Below are positions 48,990 through 60,592 of a DNA stretch of 64,000 nucleotides, in pieces. The translations under genes were made by a program, and so were the position numbers. Positions within the stretch are counted from its first letter, which is position 1. Each line of letters begins with the position of its first letter. Source of the stretch: Eledone cirrhosa (Eukaryota); the NCBI GenBank assembly GCA_964016885.1, contig OZ024741.1, positions 282,100,001-282,164,000 on the forward strand, in the 5' to 3' direction. The notes under the pieces are model-generated. The model worked only from the letters and a program-made list of their open reading frames with translations, had not been told where the DNA came from and ran no database searches.

Positions 48990-49052
48990 AATATGGTTTT
49001 ATAAATATAGTTTCCATTTATTTAATATCATATATATATATATATATATATA

Positions 49053-49402
49053 CAAAAAAACACACAGTCCACGCTGTAAATGTGGCCGTGTAGGCAACAC
49101 GGTAAAAACCTCCCAGCCCCACACTGTAAATGTGGTTGGTGTTAGGAAGGGCATCCAGCTGTAGAAAACCCGCCAGACAGTCCACGCTGTAATGTGGCCG
49201 TGTAGGCAACACGGTAAAAACCTCCCAGCCCCACACTGTAAATGTGGTTGGTGTTAGGAAGGGCATCCAACTGTAGAAAACCCGCCAGACAGTCCTATGC
49301 GAGCAAGACAACCACTCTTGCCTCAAGTGGGAAAGCCCCCGTCCAAACCCATGCAAGCGTGGAACACGGACGCTAAACCTGATGATGATGATGATGATGA
49401 TG

Positions 49403-49403
<1 letters not shown>
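49053..49403 (+). mobile_element. RTE 3'UTR fragment with internal tandem duplication
   Basis: ACAGTCCACGCTGTAA...GGAAGGGCATCCA present twice; (GAT)n tail. Confidence 0.8.
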
Positions 49404-49442
<39 letters not shown>

Positions 49443-49447
49443 ATATA

Positions 49448-50950
49448 AGTTTTTGTCGATCTGACCAAGGCATTTGACACTGTTAATCGGAAGGCTTTGT
49501 GGGTTATTTTGGAGAGATTGGGCTGTCCTGAAAAGTTTGTGAATATTCTGAAACTGTTCCACGATGACATGCAGGCATGGATGAATGTTGGAGGTAAACT
49601 GTCTGAGCCAATCGGTTATATACCTGCACCAACTTTGTTTGCCTTGTATTTCGCAATGGTGTTCTTCATGGCCTTCAAGAATTGTCAACATGGTATCTAT
49701 CTCAGATATCGCACATCCGGGAAGCTGTTTAACCTTAGGCATCTCACTGCCAACACTAAGGTACTGAGTACCTTGATCCGAGAATTTTTATATGCAGATG
49801 ATTGTGATCTCTTTGCACACTCCCAGAGTGACATGCAACACCTTATGGATTCTTTTCCAATGCGTGCAGTGCTTTGGGACTGACAATCAGTCTGAAGAAG
49901 ACTTTCGTCATGTACCAACCTGCTCTGGATAAAGTTTTCAATGAACCCTCCATATACGTATACGGTCAAAAGCTGAAGGCTGCTGACACATTTGTGTATT
50001 TGGGGAGTACTCTGAGTGTGACCTGCTCTCTGGATGCAGAAGTTGGTCTACGTTTTAGTAAGGCAAGTGTGTCATTTGGAAGGCTTAGCAACTGTCTTTG
50101 GTGCAGGCGAAGAATCAGAATGAGGACCAAGGTGAGAGTGTATGCTGCATGTGTACTGTCAGCTTTGCTGTATGCATGTGAGACATGGGTTGCCTACAAA
50201 TGGTATATCCAGAGACTGGAACAGTTTCACCAGCAGTATCTCAGAAAGATGCTCGGTATCAAGTGGCAGATTTATGTGAATGATGTTGAGGTCATTGAGA
50301 GAAGTGAGTGTCGGACCATTGATAGTATCATCCACCAATGGCGTTTGCGATGGACCAGACACCTCTGCAGAATGGAGGATGACCGAATCCCAAAACAACT
50401 CTTGTATGGCAAGCTTTGTGAGGGTAAGAGACCACCTCACAAGCCAAGGCTCGGATTCAAGGATTGTATAAAGGACTCATTGAAAAAAACCGGTTTCATG
50501 ATGGCTGACTGGGAGATAGAAGTTCTTGAAAGAGAAACTTGGCGTGGAATGGTGAATGATGGGGTCCATAATTTTAAGGACAGACACATAGAGCACGAGA
50601 AGATCAAACAGGATGTGCGTAAGCAACGCCCTGGTGTATCTCTCGAAACGATCGGTATCTCCATTGAAATGAAGTGCCCTGAATGTGAAAAAATTTGCTT
50701 GAGCAAATCTGGTCTCAGGAGCCACAGTCACAGCCATGTTCAATGAGAACCAGTGATTTATGATCTCCACGCCGTTGTGAGGGTTCATGGGCAACCTGAT
50801 GCAGAACCTCAGGCCAGGGAGATCCATAGTTGTCGTCAGTGTACGAAGGAGTACAAGTCTCTAGCAGGCTTGAAAAGCCATATCCGAGTGTCAGACATCT
50901 GAATCTGACAAGTGATTGCAATACACTTGGCCGAGTTTGCAGCCATCATG
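49448..50950 (+). mobile_element. RTE/BovB-like LINE, 5'-truncated
   Basis: FVDLTKAFD, YADDCDL, RLRWTRHLCRMEDDRIPKQLLYG, C-terminal CPECEKICLSKSGLRSH zinc finger; GCAGCCATCAT end. Confidence 0.92.
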
Positions 50951-50954
50951 TATA

Positions 50955-51003
<49 letters not shown>

Positions 51004-51011
51004 GTATATAT

Positions 51012-51069
<58 letters not shown>

Positions 51070-51071
51070 TA

Positions 51072-51119
<48 letters not shown>

Positions 51120-51161
51120 TATGTATATATATATATATATTTTTTATGTATATATATATAT

Positions 51162-53766
51162 ATCATCATCATCATCATCATCACCGTTTTACGTCCGTTC
51201 TTCCACGCTAGCATGGGCTAGACGGGTTGTCCTGTTGTGGGCAGTGTCTGGTTGGCTGACCATGCCTTGCTCATACGGGAACTGATTTGGCTTGATTTCT
51301 ACAGCTGGATGCCCTTCCTAACACCAACCTCATTTACAGTGAGTGCTGGGTGATTTTTCATGGCGCCTACACGTCCACTTTACAGTGTGGGCTGGGTGCT
51401 TTTTGCTGTGGCACATCCACGACCACCTTGCAGTGGGAGGGTGTGGGGGCATATTGTCTATATGCTTCAGCTTGTACCCATGGGAGGTCGGGTACTCTGT
51501 ATTACTGCATGACGCCAGAGGTCACGGTCGTGTGTCATCACCTTTGAGAGGTGTAATTGGGTAAGGTCGGCTTTTATCACCTCATCCCAGGTCATCTTGG
51601 GTCTCCCCACTCCGCGGTTTCCATCGACTTCTAGTGCTCTGCACCTTTTTATGCAGCTGTCATCCTTCATACGCATCACATGTCCATACCAACGCAACCG
51701 CCTCTCCTGCTCACAGCATTTGATACCTCTTTTGCTCAGTCTCTCTCTCAATTCATTTATGCTTTGTCGTTCGTGTATATTACTATTACACATCCATCGG
51801 AGCATGCAGGCTTCGTTTCTCTCTAATCTACGTATGTCTTCCACCTTCAGCGCCCAGGTCTCACTACCATGTAACATTGCTGTTCGGATACACGCATCAT
51901 ACAGTCTGCCTTTCATTTTGAGGGAGAAGCCTTTTGCAGCTAGCAGTGGTAGTAGTTCCCTGAACTTCTTCCATCCCGTTCTTACCCTAGTTATTGTACT
52001 TTCTGAACACCCACCTCTGCTGCTAATTCGGTCACCTAGGTAGCAGAAGCTGTCTACTGTCTCTACAGAGCCCTCCCAGAGATTGGTGGTACTTGTTTCC
52101 TGTGGCTGTTTGCTGCTTGCTGTCCCAGTACAGCTGCTGCATGTGAAGCCTACATTCTTAATTAAGCTTCCTGAGATCCCGCTACATCTCTTGTGTACCC
52201 ATTGTTTGCATTTGGGGCAGAGAATGGAGTTCCTACCTACACCTTTCCTACATACTGAGCAAGGCCATTTCCCTGAGAGGATCTGGGTTCTGTTTTCTCA
52301 TCTACTTACAAGGACCTTAGTCTTTGTCAGGTTGACTTTGAGACCCTTTCTTTCTAGTCCCTGCTTCCAAGTTTGAAATTTCTTCTCTAGTTCTACCATA
52401 GATTCAGCTATAAGTGCGAGGTCATCAGCATACAGGAGTTCCCATGGGTATCCGGTCTTAAACTCCTCCGTTATTGCCTGCAAGACTATGATGAACAGGA
52501 GAGGGCTAAGAACAGAGCCCTGGTGGACCCCAACCTGTTCGCTAAATTCCTCGCTATACTCATTGCTAATCCTAACTTTGCTGACTGCTCCCCTATACAT
52601 GGCTTGTACCGCTTTCACAAGCCATTCTAAGTTTTCTAAGAGCCCACCAGATTACAGCATGTGGAACTCTGTCAAAGGCTTTCTTGAGATCGACGAATGC
52701 CAGGTAGAGTGGCTTACTTTTAGCTAGGTACTTTTCCTGTAACTGCCTCACAAGGAAGAGGGCATCAGTGGTGCCTCTTCCTGGTACAAACCCAAATTGC
52801 ATCTCATCTAGTTTCACCCGGTCCCTAATCAACTGTGCTATAACTCTTTCTGTTACTTTCATGACCTGGTCCATCAGCTTTATACCTCTATAGTTTCCTC
52901 TATCGAGTGCATCACCTTTACCCTTGTAGCAGTTGACAATGATGCTACTGCACCAATCTTTTGGTATGACACCTTCTAGTATTATCTGGTTAACAATACG
53001 TGTGGTTATAGTGTGACCTACAGACCCAGATGCCCTCAGCATCTCGGAAGCTATACCCGATGGACCGGTTGCCTTCCCCATCTTCATATCTTTGATTGCC
53101 TTACTTACTACGCTGCTGCTGACTTGTACTGCTGGCCCCTCTATAGGGTCTACTTGGGGTAGGGTCTCTTCTTCCCATACATTCTCCTCATTTAGTAATC
53201 TATCATAATGACTCTTCCATGCATCTTTCTTCTCAGCACTTGTGAGGGCAAGTTCACCTTTGTTATTCCGGATACACTTCTCTCCAATGACATCACAATT
53301 CTCTCTGACACACTGCCTTGCAATCTTGAACACTTCCTGTTTCTGGTCCTCACGTTGCAAAACATGCTTGAATTTTCTATCCTCTGCTTCCCTCCTAGCT
53401 AAGTATACTTGTCGCCTAGCTTCCCTCTTGGTCTCTATGTAATGTACCCTGCTCCCCCCGTTCTTCTATTCTTTCCATGCCTGTCTCTTGGCCTTAACTG
53501 CCTCATCTATCTTATTGTTCCACCACCAAGTCACTCTCCTCCTGCTTGTGGTCTTACTCCAGCCACAGACCTCATCCGTCGCCTCTAGTAAGTTATTTTT
53601 TAGGAACTCCCAGTGCTCTTCTACATTGAATGTCTCTATCTGTTCTTCTTTACTGTCGTAGGCGTTGAGTAAAATATCTTTAAATCTATTACTGGCTGAG
53701 GGGTCTTTCAGCTTCCAGATCTTTCTTCTCCAGGTTGGCCTCTGTTTCCAGGTTCGTCTAGTTCTA
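51162..53766 (-). mobile_element. RTE LINE, very close to 8024-10736
   Basis: ORFs 52593-53360, 52298-52618 and 51467-51916; same 3'UTR and (CAT)n tail. Confidence 0.95.
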
Positions 53767-54399
53767 AAGTATCAGTAATGTACCAGTAATGTACCAGTAC
53801 CAGTAAAGTACCAGTAATGCACTGGATAATTGCTGGCCTTGTGCCTAAAGTAGAAACAATTATTATTAATTAATTATTCTAGAACCTTCCTGGATCTCGC
53901 TCGCAAACTTTGTAAACACTTTGCTCCTTCTCTCATACCCCCCCCCCCCCTGATCGCAAGTATAAAATAAATCTTGCTGGTTCCCAAGGACAGAATTTAT
54001 CTATATAATCTATCTTACGGGCGATCCGTCGAATTTGAAAATGTAAGCAATACTTGTCTTTTCTTTTATCCGTAGTCTTCTCAATAAGCAGTGTTTTAAA
54101 CTCCTATTTATGCCAGTCTAAAATTCAAATTCTCCGTTTTCCTCTCTGATTTTCAATTATTATTTTACATGTTTTTAATAATATGTCTCAATCTGTTAGA
54201 CCCTTCCTAAAAACTAACCTTCCCCTAAAGTTACCAATTTTCCGCCCTCCCACCCCTATACACCACCATTGCTATATGGTCCAATCAGAACTCAGCGGCT
54301 TTAGTAAGTTCTCTAACAAATCAGTATAGCAAAGCTACCACCCCGGTTACTACTCCTTAAGTTTAGACCTGTTTGATGGGTTGACTGCGGAAATTTGGA

Positions 54400-57300
54400 A
54401 AGTCTAAGCACTCAATGACAATGTCACAGATAAAGATAAATTCACCTCCCGCTGCAAGACGAGAATAAAAGGACCCCTCTTTATTTCAGACATGGATGTC
54501 CAACAAAATTCCGTCTCCCACACCCCTCCTTACCCCTCCAACCCATCCATCCCAACTTCAGAGTTGGTACCATGAACGTAGGCACATTGAAAGGTCGCTC
54601 AAATGAGATTGTAGAGATGCTTGAACGTAAAGAAGTTGATGTTTGTTGTATTCAAGAGACTAGGTGGAGAGGGGGTCTGTCAGATTCATCGTGGGTAAAA
54701 AACGATGTTATAAACTTTTCTGGGTGGGAAACGACAACGGACTGGGTGGAATAGGAATTATGTTAGCTGAAAAATGGGTAGATAAGGTAATTGACGTAAA
54801 TAGAGTAAATGACAGAATAATTAAATTAAGACTAGTTCTAAATAGAACTACTGTGGCAATAATATCCGCTTATGCACCCAATCTGGTCTACTTGACGTTA
54901 TAAAGGACAGGTTCTATGAGACGCTAATGCTCACTACCTCCCAAATAACCGACAGCGACTACCTAATTATTGCTGGCGATCTAAACGGCCACGTTGGACA
55001 ACATAGTGATGGCTATGATGGAATCCATGGAGGCTATGGGGTTGGAAATAGAAATGAGGAGGGCTTCAGAATCCTGGAATTCTGTGATGCAAATAGCCCA
55101 ACTATCTGTAACACAAACTTCAAAAAACGTGAAAACCACTTGATCATCTATAAATCAGGGGAACACGCCAGCTAGATAGATTATATGCTTACTAGAAGAC
55201 GGGACAAAGTGTCTGTTGTAAACACTAAATCTCTCCCCCGTGAAGAATGCACCTCTCAACATAGCCTAGTAGTTGGTGACCTCACAGTCAGAAATAGATG
55301 TACTCGACGACAGAGGAGGCCTACCTTGAGGAGAAAAATATGGAAGTTGAAGGACCCCATAGCCAGTGACAAATTTAAAAGCTTATTACTTGATGCCTTT
55401 GATAATAAGGAAGAGCAATTAGAGACGTGCGATTTAGAGGAACAGTGGCAATTCGTGAAAGTGAACCTGCTGAAAGCAACGGATGAAATCTGTGGCTAGA
55501 GCAGACCTATTGGCAGGAGGAGAGTAACTTGGTGGTGGAACAGAAAGTTGGAAGAGACAATCAAGGCCAAAAAGCAGGCTTGGAAAGTATGGCAGGGTGG
55601 GGGAAGTAGAGAGCACTATCAAGTGGCCACGAGAGAAGCTAGGAGACAAGTATAACTTGCAAAAAGGGTAGCAGAGGATAGAAAGTTCAAGCATGTTCTA
55701 CAACGTGAGGACCAAAAATGTGAGGTGTTCAGGATTGCTAGACAATGTGTCAAGGAAAACCGTGATATTGTCGGGGAGAAGTGTGTCTGTAATGATAACG
55801 GTGTACTTGCGCTCACTGATATTGATAAGAGACTATTAAATGAGGAGAATAAATGGGAAAAAGATAGTCTGCCCCAAATCGATCCAATAGAAGGACCAGC
55901 GGTGCAAGTTAAAGGTAGTATAATAAGTAAGGCAATCAAAGATATGAAGACAGGCAAGGCAGCTGGGCCTTCGGAGATAGTTGTTGAGATGCTGAAGGCA
56001 TCTGGTATGGTGGGACACACTATGGTCACCCGCATAGTTAACCAAGTATTACAGAATGGGGTCATACCGAAAGACTGGCGTAGTAGCATGATCATTAACT
56101 GCTACAAGGGTAAAAGGGATGCTCTATATAGGGGAAACTATAGAGGCATTAAGTTAGTTGACCAGGTCATGAAGGTCACAGAAAGAGATATAACGCAACT
56201 AATCAGAGAGCGAATTGATCTAGATGAAATGCAGTTTGAGTTTGTGTCAGGTAAAAGTACCACAGACGCTCTTTTCCTTGTACGACAAATACAGGAGAAG
56301 TACCTAGCTAAAAGTAAACCCCTCTACTTAGCTTTTGTAGACCTGGAGAAAGCTTTTGACAGAGTCCCCCACTCCATTATCTGGTGGGCTCTTAGAAAAC
56401 TAGATGTAGATGAATGGCTTGTGAGAGCTATACAAGACATGTATAAAGAAACAGTCAGTAAGGTTAGAATTAACAATGAATATTGTGAAGAATTTAGTGT
56501 AAAAGTTGCGGTTCATCAAGGCTCTGTCCTTAGCCCCCTCCTATTTATTATTGCCCTTCAGGCTATAACAGAGGAGTTCAAGATAGGCTGCCCATGGGAA
56601 CTCCTATATGCAGATGATCTAACGCTCATAGCTAAATCAATGGCTGAACTAGAGAAGAAATTCGAAACATGGAAGCATGGCCTAGAATCAAAAGGCCTTA
56701 AAGTTAACTTGTCTAAGACTAAAGTCTAGTTTGTAGAAAGGAAAATAGGGCACAGGTGCCGTCAGGGAAAGTGAGAAATTAGGAATAAGAGGGATCAGAT
56801 GCTGTTTACTTGAGAGAAGACTACGTTGGTATGGTCACGTGATGCGATGAAAGACGACAGCTGCATAAAAAAGTGCAGGGCGATCAAAATTGATGGTAAT
56901 TACGGAGTAGGTAGACCCAGAAAAACCTGGGACGATCTGATAAATTCCGACCTTACACAATTGCACCTCTCTAAGACAATGTTACTGGACCGAGATCTTT
57001 GGCGCTACGCAGTAATACAGAAGACCCACTTGCCTATGTACAAAGCGAAACCTACAGTCAGTAGGCACTTCTTAACCAAATATACACCCCAATCCACTAC
57101 CCCAACCCTATCCTCCCACTCCCACCAACATCACCCTCTCTCTATAAAGTTGGTACCACAACATCTAGTCCAAATAAATGAGATCGAGATCGTGTAGGTG
57201 TCACTACAAAAAAACACACAGTCCACGCTGTAATGTGGCCGTGTAGGTAACACGGTAAAAAGTTCCCAGTTCCACACTGTAAATGTGGTTGGTGTTAGGA

Positions 57301-57452
57301 AGGGCATCCAGCCATAGAAAACCTGCCAGATAGTCCTATATGAGCAAGACTCGGTCACCCGACCAACCTTGCCTCAAGTGGGACAACTCCCGTCTAACCC
57401 ATGTTAGCGTGGAAGATGGATGTTAAACGATGATGATGATGATGATGATGAT
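54400..57452 (+). mobile_element. Near full-length RTE LINE with APE endonuclease and RT; internal deletion near 56770
   Basis: MNVGTLKGR..CIQETRW, SAYAP, AGDLNGHVG, IDYML, SQH (APE motifs); RT ORF 55725-56729. Confidence 0.93.
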
Positions 57453-57569
57453 ATATATATTTTTATGTGGCATTATCATCATCATATATATATATATATA
57501 TATATTTTTATTTATATATATATATTTATGTATATGTATATATATATATATGTTTATGTATATATATAT

Positions 57570-57932
57570 AAAAATACACCCCGTCCCACTACCCCACTCC
57601 ATCCACACCACCCCTTTCAAAGTAAAGTTATGTTGGTACCACAACATCCAGTCCGAAACAAATGAGGTCGTGTAGGTGTCACAACAAAAAACACACAGTC
57701 CACGCTGTAATGTGGCCGTGTAGGTAACACGGTAAAAACCTCCCAGTCCACACTGTAAACGTGGTTGGTGTTAGGAAGGGCATCCAGCCGTAGAAAACCC
57801 GCCAGACAGTCCTATGCGAGCAAGACAACCACTCTTGCTTCAAGTGGGAAAACTCCCGTCCAAACCCATGCAAGCGTGGAAGATGGACGTTAAACGATGA
57901 TGATGATGATAATGATGATGATGATGATGATG
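57570..57932 (+). mobile_element. RTE 3'UTR copy
   Basis: Matches the 3'UTR at 60593-60960 (reverse complement). Confidence 0.8.
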
Positions 57933-58639
57933 TTTATGTATATATATATATATATATGTTTATGTATATATCATCATCATCATCGTTTTACGTCCGTTCT
58001 TCCACGCTAGCATGGGTTGGACGGGTTGTCCTGTTGTGGGCAGTGTCCGGTCGGCTGACCTTGTCTTGCTCATACGGTAACTGATTCTGGCTTGATTTCT
58101 ACAGCTGGATGCCCTTCCTAACACCAACCTCATTTACAGTGAGTGCTGGGTACTTTTTTGCCATGGCACCTACACGTCCACTTTACAGTGTGGGCTGGGT
58201 GCTTTTTTTTCGTGGCACCTCCACGACCATTTTGCAGTGGAATGATAGGGACCCTAGTCCTATCATCTCATTTCTACAGCTGAGTAAACTGGAGCAATGT
58301 GAAATAAAGTGTCTTGCTCAAGGAAACAACACATCACCCGGTACGAGAATTGAACTCACAACCTTTCGATTGCAAGCCCAATGCTCTAACATATATATGA
58401 TATGAGTGAAGACAGGAAAATGAATACAGACAGTCCCATCTCATGAGTCATCCACTAGAAATACATTGTTTCATTGCTTTAAGATCGATACAACTTGCTC
58501 TAGTCCACAAGGGACAAAAGAGAAGACGATAGTCTTAACTATTTACAAATAAGAGAAAATGTGCTGCTAACCCATGAGCTGCAACTGACAAAAAAAGAGA
58601 GAGATATTGACGAGAGGACTGTGTTGGTACATAGGAGTA

Positions 58640-58727
58640 AAGTTGTGAGGTTGGTGATAGGTAGATTAAAGTTGTGAGGTTGCTGATAGGTAGATTAAAG
58701 TTGTGAGGTTGGTGATAGGTAGATTAA
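58640..58727. repeat. 29-bp tandem repeat, 3 copies
   Basis: AAGTTGTGAGGTTGGTGATAGGTAGATTA repeated. Confidence 0.85.
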
Positions 58728-58797
58728 TTTTCAACCGAATTTTCAACCGTCAAGATTGTTTTCCACGGTTATGTCACTATTTATAAAACAAATTTTG

Positions 58798-58862
58798 TAT
58801 TTTATCTGATGAAAGCGCACCAAGATTGTCTTGGTTACCCTTGAAATATATATAATAAAATA
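58798..58862 (+). ncRNA. Hammerhead ribozyme, solo pLTR related to 48857-49032
   Basis: UAUUUUAU-CUGAUGA-AAG..ACCAAGA(UUG)UCUUGGU..CUU-GAA-AUAUAUAU-A-AUAAAAUA; downstream AATATGG.TTTATAAATATAGTTTCCATTTA is shared with the pLTR. Confidence 0.88.
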
Positions 58863-58910
58863 AATATGGGTTTATAAATATAGTTTCCATTTATTAATAT
58901 ATTGTATATA

Positions 58911-59097
58911 AGGGCGGTGAATTGGCAGTATCGGTAGAGGGTTGGACATGCTTTCCAGCATAGTTACGTCCCTTTACGATCTGAGTTCAAATCCTGCCGA
59001 GGTTAACTTTGCCTTTCATCCTTACGGGGTCGATAAAATAAAGTACCAGTAATGTACTGGATAATTGCTGGCCTTGTGCCTAAAATAGAAACAATTA
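58911..59097 (+). mobile_element. tRNA-related SINE (reference copy)
   Basis: A box TGGCAGTATCGG, B box GAGTTCAAATCC; many homologues in the window. Confidence 0.8.
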
Positions 59098-59139
59098 ATA
59101 TATTGTATATATATATATATATATATAGTATATAGAAAA

Positions 59140-59187
59140 GCTTCTACAGGACTAGAACTGTTTCATTCGTGAGAAATCATTAGGTAT
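59140..59187 (-). ncRNA. Hammerhead motif, G5A core variant (likely inactive)
   Basis: CUAAUGA-UUUC(UCAC)GAAU-GAA-ACAG..CUGU-A-GAAG; homologue of 22603-22654. Confidence 0.5.
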
Positions 59188-59245
59188 TGAGTACCTTACT
59201 TACTGTGGTTACCCCCGATTGAACCCGGAATAACTTATATATATT

Positions 59246-59284
<39 letters not shown>

Positions 59285-60460
59285 ATCATGATCATCATCA
59301 TCGTTTAATGTCCATTTTCCATGCTAGCATGGGTCTGGACGGGAAATTGTCCCACTTGAAAAAAGATTGGTTGTCTTGCGGGTTTTCTACGGCTGGATGC
59401 TCTTCCTAACACCAACCACGTTTACAGTGTGGACTGGGAGGTATTTACCCATTAATTCTCCTCATTTAGCAGCCTTTCGTAGTGACACTTCCAAGCTACC
59501 TTCTTAGTGTCAGTGATGGCAAGTATGCCATCATCGTTAAGTACACACTTCTCCCCGACAATATCACGGTTCTCCTGAACACCTCACGTTTTTGGTCTTC
59601 GCGTTGTAGAACCTACTTGAACTTTCTTTCCTCTGCTTCCCTTCTTGCGAAGTACACTTGCCTCCTAGCTTCCCTCCTGGCCACTCTTCTCTACTTGCCC
59701 CATCCCGCCATACTTTCCAAGCCTGCTTTTTGGCTTTGATCGACTCCTCCACCTTACTGCTCCACCACCACGTTACTCTCCTCTTGCCTATAGGCCTGCT
59801 CCAGCCACAGATTTCATCTGTCACCTTTCAGGAATTCCCACTGTTCCTCTATATTGTAAGGATAATCCTCCTCTGTTGTCGAATTCGTCTCGTCCTGACT
59901 ATGAGGTCGCTAACTATGAGGCTATGCTGGGAGGTGCATTTTTCATGGGGGAGGGATTTAGTGTTTACAACAGACATTCTGTCTTCTGTCTCGTCTTCTG
60001 GTAAGGATATAATCTATCTGACTGGCGTGTTCCCCTGATCTATAGGTGATCAAGTGATTGTCTCGTTCTTTGAAGTTTGTGTTACAGATAGTTAGGTTAT
60101 TTGGATCATACAATTCCAGGATTCTGGAGCCTTCCTCATTTCTAGTACCAAACTCATAGCCTCCATGGATTCCGTCATAGCCGTCACAGTGTTGCCCAAC
60201 GTGACCATTTAGGTCGCCGCCAGCAATAATTATATAGTCATTGTCGATTATTTGGGAGGTAATGAGCATTAACGACTCATAGAATCTGTCTTTTATAGCG
60301 CCAGACAGTCCGGATTGGGGTGCATACGCAGATATTATTGTCACAGTAGTTCTATTGAGGACAAGTTTTATTTTAATTATTGTGTCGTTCACTCTATTTA
60401 CGTCTATTATCTTATCTACCCATTTTTCTGCTAACATGATTCCTACTCCACCCAGCCCAT
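59285..60460 (-). mobile_element. Internally deleted RTE LINE (APE region joined to 3'UTR)
   Basis: ORF 59958-60437 SAYAPQ..GDLNGHVG..IDYIL; jumps to the 3'UTR near 59450. Confidence 0.88.
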
Positions 60461-60592
60461 TGTATATATATATATGTTTATGTATATATATATATGTTTA
60501 TGTATACATATATATATGTTTATGTATATATATATATATACATATATATGTTTATGTATACATATATATATATGTTTATGTATACATATATA

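Larger units (their letters stand above)
46041..49032 (+). mobile_element. Penelope-like element with 176-bp inverted pLTRs
   Basis: 46041-46216 is the reverse complement of 48857-49032; encloses ORF 46277-47626. Confidence 0.92.

Noticed and set aside
58640-58727. CRISPR-like repeats
   Set aside because: Head-to-tail 29-mers without unique spacers, in eukaryotic context with no cas genes.
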